The position numbers and the translations under genes were made by a program. Below the pieces are notes generated by a model. That model was given only the letters and a program-made list of their open reading frames with translations. It made no database searches and was not told the DNA's origin. A DNA stretch of 52,118 bases. Origin: a bacterium. Lineage in GTDB: Bacteria > Patescibacteriota > Minisyncoccia > Minisyncoccales > CG1-02-41-26. The stretch covers positions 1 through 52,118 of the forward strand of contig JAUXAO010000003.1 in NCBI GenBank assembly GCA_030619905.1, read 5' to 3'. Position 1 is the first letter of the stretch, and each line of letters opens with the position of its first letter. Below, one piece after another: positions 44,460 through 52,118 of the stretch.

Positions 44460-47132
44460 ATGCCCTATATGCAAGGGGGTGATTTCACCCATAAAGCACA
44501 AGAAGTAATAATTCAGGCCCAGTCAATTGTCCGAGAGAAGAATCAACAGCAAATAGATGCTTTGCATTTGCTTTTGGCTTTACTCTCTCAGGAAGAAAAT
44601 ATTGTTATCACTCTTTTACAAAGAATTCAAGTTGACATAGAACCGCTTAAGAAAAAAACCGAGAAAGAGATTGGTAAAATTCCTTCGATAAGCGGGGGTC
44701 AGACTCTTGGCCAGTTTTATCTTACTCAGGATTTGGCTCAGGTTTTGGAAAGAGCAAGGCAGGAAGCCATGAAAATGGGCGATGAATTTGTTTCTATCGA
44801 GCATTTGTTTTTAACTTTGCTTGTTTGTGAAACTCGAGCCAAAGGTGTTCTAGAAAGTGCTCAATTAAACTTAGAAGTATTTTTAAAGAATCTTATTGAT
44901 ATTCGGGGAGATGAAAAAATTACTGATCCTGACCCAGAATCAAAATACGAGGTAGTTAAAAAATATACTCGGAATTTAACAACTGAAGCCAAGGATGGAA
45001 ACTTGGATCCGGTTATCGGGAGAGAAAATGAGATTAGAAGATTAATGCAGGTTCTTTCCCGTCGAACCAAAAATAATCCTGTTCTTATTGGTGAAGCAGG
45101 TGTGGGAAAAACCGCTATTATTGAAGGTTTGGCTAAAAAAATTATTTCTAAAGAAGTGCCTGAAAGTTTAAACACGAGAGAAATCATTGCTTTGGATTTA
45201 GGAGCCTTAATTGCAGGAACAAAGTACAGGGGTGAATTTGAGAGCAGGATAAAAGCTCTTTTAAAAGAAGTTAAAAAAGCCAAAGGCCATTATATATTAT
45301 TTATTGACGAACTCCATACTTTAGTTGGAGCAGGGGGAGCAGAAGGAGCAATCGATGCTTCAAATCTTTTGAAGCCAGCTTTATCCCGGGGAGAGCTTAA
45401 GGCAATTGGCGCTACAACTTTAAGGGAATATCAAAAATATATTGAAAAAGACCCAGCTCTGGAAAGAAGATTCCAGCCTGTTTATGTCCAGGAACCGAGC
45501 GTGGAAGATACAATTGCCATTTTAAGAGGATTGAAGGAAAAATATGAACTTCATCACGGGGTGAAAATTAAAGATTCCGGTATAAAAGCAGCGGCTGAAT
45601 TAAGTAATCGTTACATTTCGGACAGATTTCTTCCAGATAAAGCTGTTGATTTGATGGATGAAGCGGCTTCTGCCCTGAGATTAGAAATCGAATCAGAACC
45701 GATCGAACTTGATGAATTACAACAAGAGATTACAAAACTTGAAGTTGAAAAAGAGTCATTGAAAAAGGAAAAAGGAAGCAAAGTCCGGTCAAAGGCGTTA
45801 AAAAGATCATTGGCCGATCTGAAAGATAAATCAAAGGCATTGCAGGCAAAATGGTCTTCAGAAAAAGAATTGATATACAAAATCAAGGATTTAAAAAGAG
45901 ATATTGATGAAAAGTCTTGGCAAATGGAAACTGCTCAAAGAAAAGCCGATCTTCAGAAAGTAGCCGAGCTGAAATATGGAGGAATTCCTGATCTTAGAAA
46001 ACAACTAAATTTAACTGAGAAGAAATTAAAAACTCTTCAAAAAAACAAACATCTTTTGAAAGAAGAAGTTGTTGAGGAAGATGTAGCTCAAGTTGTATCT
46101 CGCTGGACAGGAATTCCAGTGACTAGGTTAATAGAAGGAGAGGTAAAAAAACTTGAGAAAATAGAGGATATTTTAGAAAAAAGAGTGATTGGACAGAAAG
46201 AGGCTATTTTAGCAGTTGCTTTAGCTATCAGAAGAAGCCGGGCCGGTATTCAGGAAGAAAATAGACCCTTAGGAGTTTTTCTCTTTTTAGGCCCGACTGG
46301 TGTTGGAAAAACTGAAACCGCCAGAGCCTTGGCTGAGTTTTTATTCAACGATGAAAAAGCAATGGTCAGATTAGATATGTCGGAATATATGGAACGCCAC
46401 AGTGTTTCCAAAATTACTGGTGCCCCTCCTGGTTATGTTGGTTTTGAAGAAGGAGGCCAAATAACAGAAAAGATTCGCAGGAGACCTTATTCAGTGATTT
46501 TATTGGATGAAGTTGAAAAAGCTCATCCAGATGTCTTTAATATTCTGCTTCAGATTTTTGAGGACGGACGTTTAACTGATGCCAAGGGAAGAGTTGTCTC
46601 TTTTAAAAATACGATTATAATCATGACCTCAAATATCGGCTCGGAATATATCAGTCAATTGAAGCCCATAGGATTTGAAATGAAAGGCGAGAATCTTTCC
46701 AAGAAAGGAAATTTAAAGAACAAGATTATGGATTCCTTGAAAGAGAAATTCAGACCAGAGTTTTTAAATCGAATCGATGAAACTATTATCTTTAATTATC
46801 TTGGTAAAAAGGAAATCAAGAAAATTGTTAATTTAGAGCTGGTAAAAGTGAGCCAGAGATTACAAAAAACCAAACAAGTTAAAATTAGGTTTAGCGAAGA
46901 ATTAAAAGAAGTTTTAGTTAAAAAAGGGTTTGACACGGATTTAGGCGCCAGACCTTTAAAAAGGATTATTCAGAAGTTAATTCTGGACCCATTATCTTCC
47001 AAAATAGTATGTTCTGAAATAAAAGAAGGGGACAGAATTTTTGCTGATTTTCAGAAAAAGGAAGTTATTTTCCAAATTCATCAGCTTTTTGGCAAATCTA
47101 TTAGAAAGAGAGAGAAAATTCTTACCAAATAA
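44460..47132 (+). CDS. clpB: Chaperone ClpB
   Basis: Two AAA+ modules ([16 protein letters not shown]), coiled-coil middle domain, GARPL. Confidence 0.93.
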   Translation: MPYMQGGDFTHKAQEVIIQAQSIVREKNQQQIDALHLLLALLSQEENIVITLLQRIQVDIEPLKKKTEKEIGKIPSISGGQTLGQFYLTQDLAQVLERARQEAMKMGDEFVSIEHLFLTLLVCETRAKGVLESAQLNLEVFLKNLIDIRGDEKITDPDPESKYEVVKKYTRNLTTEAKDGNLDPVIGRENEIRRLMQVLSRRTKNNPVLIGEAGVGKTAIIEGLAKKIISKEVPESLNTREIIALDLGALIAGTKYRGEFESRIKALLKEVKKAKGHYILFIDELHTLVGAGGAEGAIDASNLLKPALSRGELKAIGATTLREYQKYIEKDPALERRFQPVYVQEPSVEDTIAILRGLKEKYELHHGVKIKDSGIKAAAELSNRYISDRFLPDKAVDLMDEAASALRLEIESEPIELDELQQEITKLEVEKESLKKEKGSKVRSKALKRSLADLKDKSKALQAKWSSEKELIYKIKDLKRDIDEKSWQMETAQRKADLQKVAELKYGGIPDLRKQLNLTEKKLKTLQKNKHLLKEEVVEEDVAQVVSRWTGIPVTRLIEGEVKKLEKIEDILEKRVIGQKEAILAVALAIRRSRAGIQEENRPLGVFLFLGPTGVGKTETARALAEFLFNDEKAMVRLDMSEYMERHSVSKITGAPPGYVGFEEGGQITEKIRRRPYSVILLDEVEKAHPDVFNILLQIFEDGRLTDAKGRVVSFKNTIIIMTSNIGSEYISQLKPIGFEMKGENLSKKGNLKNKIMDSLKEKFRPEFLNRIDETIIFNYLGKKEIKKIVNLELVKVSQRLQKTKQVKIRFSEELKEVLVKKGFDTDLGARPLKRIIQKLILDPLSSKIVCSEIKEGDRIFADFQKKEVIFQIHQLFGKSIRKREKILTK

Positions 47133-47138
47133 TAAATA

Positions 47139-47831
47139 ATGAAAAATATTTTTAAAATTGTTGCTGTTTTAATTTTAGGAGCCATTGGCGGCGCACTTTT
47201 TCAGGCATTTGTTTTGCCCTATTTGATTAATCATCCTTATTTTAGCAATTTATCATTTATAAAGAATCTTAAAAGAGAAGTAATTGTGAATCCAGTGGAG
47301 GAAATAATTATTCAGGAAAATACTGCCTTGGTAGATGTTTTTGAAAAAGTTGAGAAAGCAGTAGTAGGTATTAATAATGGTTCTGGTCTTATTATCACTT
47401 CTGACGGTTTGATAGTTACTTTAGTCGACTTACTCCCCAAAACAGAAAATTATCTTTTTTTAGAAAAAGAAAAGGTTGAGTTTGAGGTTTTAAGAAAGGA
47501 TTTGGAGCAAAATTTGGCTTTGATAAAAATTAACCGAAATGATCTCACTGTTTGCAGATTTGCTGATTTAGCAGAGCTTAAAATGGGACAAAGAGTTTTT
47601 TTGGCAGGAATAATTATAGAGAACAAAATTCCAAAGAAAATAATAAATGAAGGTATTATTAAAATTCTTGACGAGGATGCTATTCGAACTAATATTTTTG
47701 AAAAAAGCACTCTTAAAGGGAGTTCTTTATTTAATATTAAAGGCGAGGTGCTAGGATTAAATAGAATTGACAGTGAGGGGAAAGTCACGGCTATTCCTAT
47801 TACTGAAATCCGTAAGTTTGCTGGTTTTTGA
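47139..47831 (+). CDS. Trypsin-like (S1C) pseudo-protease with N-terminal TM
   Basis: GSGLIITSDGLIVT and GEVLGLN scaffold kept, but His/Asp/Ser positions read LVD, NLALIKI and LKGSSLF. Confidence 0.72.
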   Translation: MKNIFKIVAVLILGAIGGALFQAFVLPYLINHPYFSNLSFIKNLKREVIVNPVEEIIIQENTALVDVFEKVEKAVVGINNGSGLIITSDGLIVTLVDLLPKTENYLFLEKEKVEFEVLRKDLEQNLALIKINRNDLTVCRFADLAELKMGQRVFLAGIIIENKIPKKIINEGIIKILDEDAIRTNIFEKSTLKGSSLFNIKGEVLGLNRIDSEGKVTAIPITEIRKFAGF

Positions 47832-47915
47832 CATTCTTTCGTTATTCTTAGAAAGAAGCTGGATTGATAAAAAATCACCATTGAAAAAACCTGCTTGATT
47901 TTTCAAGCTACTAAA

Positions 47916-48158
47916 ATGGCAATGGAAAAATGGAAAACTATTGATTGGGAGGGTATTGCTTGTTGGTCTTTTGGCCTCTTGTTTATTGTTTTATCAGGAT
48001 ATATCCCCAGAGGGACTTTTAACTTTTTTATAATTGGTTTAATTCTTCTAGCTTTCGGTTGTTATTATTTCTACCAACGAGGACAAAATAAAGGGATTTC
48101 AGTTAATCTTTTCGTAATTATGTGGTTAATCGTGGCAATTCTATTCTGGTTTGCCTAA
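47916..48158 (+). CDS. Small membrane protein
   Basis: Three hydrophobic segments; ATG 47916 preferred over TTG 47895. Confidence 0.6.
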   Translation: MAMEKWKTIDWEGIACWSFGLLFIVLSGYIPRGTFNFFIIGLILLAFGCYYFYQRGQNKGISVNLFVIMWLIVAILFWFA

Positions 48159-48164
48159 AAACCT

Positions 48165-48482
48165 ATGGATAAAGAAACTATTAAATATAAAAATATTGCC
48201 TCAGGGATTTCAGTTATTATGCTTCTCCTGGCTATTCCTACTTTTTGGCCTTATGGATATTATGTTTTATTAAGATGGGTAGTAACTATCAGTGCAGTGT
48301 TTTTATTATCGTTAGCCTATGAGTCAAAAAAAACATTTTGGCTTTTTTTGATGGGAATGGTAGTAATATTATTTAATCCGATTATTCCAGTTCACCTTGA
48401 TAAAGAGATTTGGATAGTAATTGATTTTGTTGTTGCAGTTTTGTTCTTAGTATCAATATTTAAAATAAAAGCTAGAGACTGA
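48165..48482 (+). CDS. Small membrane protein (DUF6804-like)
   Basis: WPYGYYVLLRWVV and ILFNPIIPVHL motifs, recognised from memory. Confidence 0.6.
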   Translation: MDKETIKYKNIASGISVIMLLLAIPTFWPYGYYVLLRWVVTISAVFLLSLAYESKKTFWLFLMGMVVILFNPIIPVHLDKEIWIVIDFVVAVLFLVSIFKIKARD

Positions 48483-48498
48483 TAAACACTAATAATCT

Positions 48499-49179
48499 AT
48501 GAAGAAAATATTACTGTCATTATTCCTAATCATATTATTGAGCCTCTTTCTGTTGCCTATAGATGATATTGAGGCAAGGAGTGGTTGTTGCTCCTGGCAC
48601 GGCGGAGTCTGTACTTATAAATGTCCTGATGGTGTTAATGTTGGATATATGTGTTGTGACGGGACCTCCCTCTCAGCAAAGTGTGCTCCCTATTATTCAA
48701 GTTGTCCTGCTAAAACAACACCGAAGTGCCCTAGTTATTCTACCTACAATTCTTCATCTGATTCTTGTGAGTGTAACTATGGATATATAGTTTCGGGAGA
48801 CAAATGTATTGACGCTGACACTTTCTGTCAGGACAAACATAGTCTTCATTCAAGTTATAATAGTTCATCGAAAAGCTGCGAGTGTGATTATGGATACAAG
48901 CTAATTGATAGTAAATGTGTGAAGCCAGAACCAATTAAAGAGCAACCCTTAGTTGAAGAACAATCAGATGAGGAGATAGTCGTAGAAGAAGAGGAATCAG
49001 ACGATGAACAGCTTAGTGAGCAACCACCGGCACAGCAAGATGGTTTATCAGCACCAGAAAAATTTACTGCTGATATTTCTAAAGAAGATGGTGGCGGAGG
49101 GTTTATTTGGTGGATAATAGGAATAGGAGCTGCGGCTTATATTTTCTATACACTTGGAAAAAGAAAAAGAGAAAAGTAG
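48499..49179 (+). CDS. Cysteine-rich surface protein with two EGF-like repeats and a C-terminal TM anchor
   Basis: Signal peptide, ARSGCCSWHGGVC, 16 Cys, repeat YNSSSxSCECxYGY...KC twice, acidic linker, TM, basic tail. Confidence 0.7.
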   Translation: MKKILLSLFLIILLSLFLLPIDDIEARSGCCSWHGGVCTYKCPDGVNVGYMCCDGTSLSAKCAPYYSSCPAKTTPKCPSYSTYNSSSDSCECNYGYIVSGDKCIDADTFCQDKHSLHSSYNSSSKSCECDYGYKLIDSKCVKPEPIKEQPLVEEQSDEEIVVEEEESDDEQLSEQPPAQQDGLSAPEKFTADISKEDGGGGFIWWIIGIGAAAYIFYTLGKRKREK

Positions 49180-49215
49180 TTAATAATAATCTATGAAAGA
49201 AAAAATTAAAAAATA

Positions 49216-49279
49216 GGGGATTGACCCCCGTTTTTTATTGGTCTAAAATAAAAAGACAGCCTAAATTAGGCTGATTTTT
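49216..49279 (+). terminator. Two short hairpins, terminator candidates
   Basis: GGGG-attga-CCCC then a T-run; CAGCCT-aaatt-AGGCTG then ATTTTT. Confidence 0.45.
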
Positions 49280-49340
49280 AATAAATTTTCAGTGATTTAC
49301 TTTTGCCAAAACTAATGAGTAAGAAGATATAAGTAAAAAT

Positions 49341-49604
49341 ATGAGCTATTGGATCAAAGAAACAATTCATCAAGCCGCTCGTGAACGAAAAGTTCTACGA
49401 ATTGTTTATATTGAAAAAGATGGTAGTAACGAAGGGTGGCGATATGTCGAGCCCTACAGTTTTAGTAATGATGAAGGTGAAGATGCTTTATTCGCTTGGG
49501 ATAGAGGAAAGAGTGGAATTAGAAGATTTGTATTAAGTCGTATTCAACAAATAGAGGTTACTGATGAATCGTATTATTCTCGATATTCAATAGAAATTTT
49601 CTAA
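49341..49604 (+). CDS. Stand-alone WYL domain protein
   Basis: LRIVY...WRYVEPYSF...LFAWD...IRRFVLSRIQQIEVT; no HTH. Confidence 0.82.
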   Translation: MSYWIKETIHQAARERKVLRIVYIEKDGSNEGWRYVEPYSFSNDEGEDALFAWDRGKSGIRRFVLSRIQQIEVTDESYYSRYSIEIF

Positions 49605-49606
49605 AT

Positions 49607-50482
49607 ATGTCAAATCAAAAATTTAAATTTAAATTCAGAGGGAAAGTAATGGTGATTATTGATTGGACAAATGTGTACAATTGGTTTCCGGATCTTGGTT
49701 GGAAAATCCCCCCGCCGAAACTCTTTGATTATTTACGTTCATATCCAGAAATTCAAGATATAAACTTCTATTTTGGAATTGAACCAAACAAACGAAAATC
49801 GGTTGATTTTCATAGAGAGATTGAATTAATCGGCTACTCTCTTAAAAATAAAGAAGTAAAATGGGTTCCGGCAGCGCTAGAGACAACTTCGCATTTCAAA
49901 GAAGTTATTCAAAATCTATTTGAAGTTTTAGAAAATGTTAAAAATACCAATTCAAATATTTCAAATCAACTTTACGAACTTTCTAAAAAATTAAATGGAT
50001 TACTTAAGATATCTTTTGGTAATAAAAAAATAATCTCTGATTTTACTGATAAAAAGCACTTGAATGAGATTTATAATTTAATTGAAGAGTTGGATCAAGA
50101 GTTAAAAAAACTCAATATTGATATCGGTGAACTCCAAATAAAATTAAAAGAACCAGTAAAACGAAGAAAATGTGATTTTGACGTGGAAATTACAAAGGAT
50201 GCGCTGAATAACCTAGATAAATTTGAAACCATCTTAATCTTTAGCGGTGATGGAGATTTTGCAACATTAGCTGAGGATTTAATAATTAATAAAAATAAAA
50301 AGGTTATTGTTGTTTTTGCGCAAGGCCATATTGGGAAAGAATACGAATCTCTAAGGCTAAAATTAGAAGAATTGAGAAAATTACGTCATCAAGGGTTAGG
50401 GGGATTATTTATATGCAATGTTAAAAAATTACAAGAGTTTATTGGAAATAAATATCCCCAGAGGTTAATCTCTGGGGCGTGA
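49607..50482 (+). CDS. NYN (LabA/DUF88, PIN-like) nuclease with a coiled-coil insertion
   Basis: IIDWTNV, KCDFDVEI, IFSGDGDF acidic motifs; about 95-aa heptad-rich insert. Confidence 0.85.
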   Translation: MSNQKFKFKFRGKVMVIIDWTNVYNWFPDLGWKIPPPKLFDYLRSYPEIQDINFYFGIEPNKRKSVDFHREIELIGYSLKNKEVKWVPAALETTSHFKEVIQNLFEVLENVKNTNSNISNQLYELSKKLNGLLKISFGNKKIISDFTDKKHLNEIYNLIEELDQELKKLNIDIGELQIKLKEPVKRRKCDFDVEITKDALNNLDKFETILIFSGDGDFATLAEDLIINKNKKVIVVFAQGHIGKEYESLRLKLEELRKLRHQGLGGLFICNVKKLQEFIGNKYPQRLISGA

Positions 50483-50484
50483 TT
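50446..50484 (-). ncRNA. Candidate short hairpin RNA antisense to the NYN 3' end
   Basis: Lies just downstream of the minus-strand promoter at 50490-50517; CCCCAGAG-6 nt-CTCTGGGG hairpin (50456-50477) followed by an A/U-rich run on the minus strand. Ends are inferred. Confidence 0.45.
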
Positions 50485-50489
50485 ATTCA

Positions 50490-50517
50490 ATAATATCACC
50501 CCATAAATTTTTGTCAA
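50490..50517 (-). promoter_or_regulatory. Strong sigma70-type promoter convergent with NYN
   Basis: Minus strand TTGACA, 16 bp, TATTAT with TGn extension. Confidence 0.65.
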
Positions 50518-50524
50518 GAGGGAT

Positions 50525-50533
50525 TTATCCACA
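50525..50533 (+). promoter_or_regulatory. DnaA box
   Basis: Perfect TTATCCACA. Confidence 0.7.
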
Positions 50534-50585
50534 TTAGATTATGTCTCAAAACCTTAACGAAAATTGTGGAAACCCTCTTTAAGGT

Positions 50586-50828
50586 TTAAAACAGCCCCGA
50601 CAGAGAGGCATTATGAGATACCTCTAAAAGCTCCCGAATTTGTTCCTGAAAACTAGGTTCTAGACCGAGTAAGGAAGGTATACGGTTAACTTCTACAGTA
50701 AATTTCTTATCACGACTGATAAAATGAACATAATGAGACCCACTTCCATGTTCAGACAAATAAAAATCGTGGTCTTTGAGAAAATCCACGACATCCTTAA
50801 ATGTCCAATTTCTTAATCTTCTAGCCAT
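50586..50828 (-). CDS. hicA: HicA-like mRNA interferase toxin
   Basis: WTFKDVVDFLKDHDF...GSGSHY (GSH motif); atypical C-terminus. Confidence 0.65.
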   Translation of the reverse strand: MARRLRNWTFKDVVDFLKDHDFYLSEHGSGSHYVHFISRDKKFTVEVNRIPSLLGLEPSFQEQIRELLEVSHNASLSGLF

Positions 50829-50830
50829 AT

Positions 50831-51175
50831 TTAAGTATAAACTAACTCTTGTTTTACTGGGAAAGGTGCTAGAGAAGACGTCCTTTTTTGAAGAAGTTTC
50901 TCAACCTCTCTCAGAAGTTTAGCTGTATAATATTTGTCCCAATACTTTTTAAGAGCAGGGCGATTAAGCAGTTTGTTGCTCAAATTTTCTTTTCTTACCA
51001 CTTCAAGATGACCAAAAGCAGCCTCTTCTAGGTTTTCCAAAAGTTCTTTAGGGCTTTCTCCTTCTTCAATGATATTTAATGTTAAACAAACCCCAACAAA
51101 TCGTTTTTCGTCAGGATAAACAAGAAATTCAAATACTCCTCTTTTTTTTGTATTCCAGATTTTTACGTTCTTCAT
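50831..51175 (-). CDS. hicB: HicB-like antitoxin
   Basis: FLVYPDEKRFVGVCLTLNIIEEGESPKELLENLEEA; start moved from 51217 to 51175 because the promoter lies at 51189-51217. Confidence 0.6.
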   Translation of the reverse strand: MKNVKIWNTKKRGVFEFLVYPDEKRFVGVCLTLNIIEEGESPKELLENLEEAAFGHLEVVRKENLSNKLLNRPALKKYWDKYYTAKLLREVEKLLQKRTSSLAPFPVKQELVYT

Positions 51176-51188
51176 ACTTCTATAATGT

Positions 51189-51217
51189 ATTATAACTCTT
51201 AAGTGATTTAAATACAA
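51189..51217 (-). promoter_or_regulatory. sigma70-type promoter of hicBA
   Basis: Minus strand TTGTAT, 17 bp, TATAAT. Confidence 0.65.
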
Positions 51218-51218
51218 C

Positions 51219-51227
51219 TGTGGATAA
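51219..51227 (-). promoter_or_regulatory. DnaA box
   Basis: TGTGGATAA (perfect TTATCCACA on the minus strand), 1 nt upstream of the hicB -35. Confidence 0.7.
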
Positions 51228-51301
51228 CTTTTAAAAATTAAGTAAGCAAAAGCATTACCTCTATCTGGTTTTGTTTAGCTTATAAGCAAAAGCAAAATTG
51301 C

Positions 51302-51901
51302 TCAGCAAGTTTGTTCAGACAAAAACTGTTCAAGTTGAAGTGTGATGGTTTCAATCTTCTCTGAAATTTCATTGATTTTTTCAGCCACTTCGTCTAAGGC
51401 GGGCTGTGTTTCTTCCGAATCCTTTCCTTGTTCAGTTATTTGAGCTAAAGTTGCTTTTAATTCTTTTAATGATAATTGTTGAACCTGAATTGAAATTATT
51501 GTAACTTTCTTGGAAATTTCATTGACTTGCTGGGCTATTTCTTCCAATGTGAGTTTCCTTTTTTCTGGAAGTGTGGTTGTTTCTTGTCCTAGGACATCTT
51601 TGGTTTTTTCAAGTGATAGGGCTTCCTCGGTTAATCCTTCAGTTATGTCCTGAGTTTCTGCCTCAAAAGACATCTGGTCTGATACAGAAGCAAGCTGAGA
51701 TTCTTTAAGCCCTTCTTCTCCGAGATCTATCCTTAATGTAAAATTAGAAAAGTAATCTTTAATTTTATTTATTGCTCTTATTCTTTCATCTTGATGTAAG
51801 TAAAAATATCCTCCAACCATTACTAAAACAAGAAAGATGGCTAAGAGAATTAAATTTCTTCTATTTATTTTTCTGTTATTAGTAAAAAGATTTCTATACA
51901 T
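51302..51901 (-). CDS. Membrane-anchored coiled-coil hypothetical protein
   Basis: N-terminal TM; two similar heptad segments. Confidence 0.7.
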   Translation of the reverse strand: MYRNLFTNNRKINRRNLILLAIFLVLVMVGGYFYLHQDERIRAINKIKDYFSNFTLRIDLGEEGLKESQLASVSDQMSFEAETQDITEGLTEEALSLEKTKDVLGQETTTLPEKRKLTLEEIAQQVNEISKKVTIISIQVQQLSLKELKATLAQITEQGKDSEETQPALDEVAEKINEISEKIETITLQLEQFLSEQTC

Positions 51902-52040
51902 AAAAATTAAATTTATATTTTATGACCTTTGTCTTAATATTTAATTATAAATGAGCTAGAGCATATGGGCATTTTTTATGTCCGCCCTGTATATATTTAC
52001 TAATCTTATGTCCAAAGCCTTTTTTAATCAAGTCCTACCA

Positions 52041-52049
52041 TGTGGATAA
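52041..52049 (-). promoter_or_regulatory. DnaA box
   Basis: TGTGGATAA, perfect. Confidence 0.7.
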
Positions 52050-52056
52050 CTTACTC

Positions 52057-52085
52057 TTGAGAAGTATATTAATTAGATATATATT
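52057..52085 (+). promoter_or_regulatory. sigma70-type promoter pointing out of the window
   Basis: TTGAGA, 17 bp, TATATT. Confidence 0.5.
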
Positions 52086-52118
52086 GAAGATGTGTTTGTG
52101 GGACGTCAGTCCTATTCG

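Noticed and set aside
44401-44460. CIRCE or CtsR operator upstream of clpB
   Set aside because: No TTAGCACTC-N9-GAGTGCTAA or CtsR heptad repeat is visible; only a plain sigma70 promoter.
607-47881. Many short ORF-track entries nested in or antisense to long genes (e.g. 1229-1513, 10152-10430, 28708-29037, 36681-37088, 44861-45283, 47450-47881)
   Set aside because: They overlap well-supported genes and have no motifs or initiation signals.
52090-52118. Possible start of a structured RNA (GGAC-gtca-GTCC) after the last promoter
   Set aside because: Cut off by the window end; too little sequence to call.

Overview
AT-rich bacterial chromosomal segment, standard code 11. The gene inventory and protein style (short MetRS, bS21, surface protein with a C-terminal peptidoglycan-binding domain, GH1/GH-A pair, HtrA-ClpB block) suggest Patescibacteria/CPR, probably Parcubacteria; this is inference, as no searches were run. 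Most of the window is housekeeping: rsmI, metG, tatD, leuS, iorAB, tRNA-Leu(CAA), a RelA/SpoT homolog, topA, dprA, pth, lepB, hisS, rpsU, ybeY, ftsA, ftsZ, nrdDG, htrA, clpB. There are two accessory regions. (i) About 32.9-42.3 kb is an integrase-free defence-like island: HTH + Type IIG-like RM fusion, a PD-(D/E)xK nuclease coupled to a 994-aa helical protein with no visible NTPase, a degenerate Nudix, a solo HEPN gene, and small genes behind repeated attC-like half-sites. (ii) About 47.9-52.1 kb holds small membrane proteins, a WYL-NYN pair with a convergent promoter that would make a short hairpin RNA antisense to the NYN 3' end, a hicBA-like pair, and three perfect DnaA boxes each next to a sigma70-type promoter. 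Several core genes are atypical: hydrolase-dead RSH, dprA with a decayed winged-helix tail, tail-less FtsZ, IorA without its ferredoxin domain, and a catalytically dead HtrA paralog.
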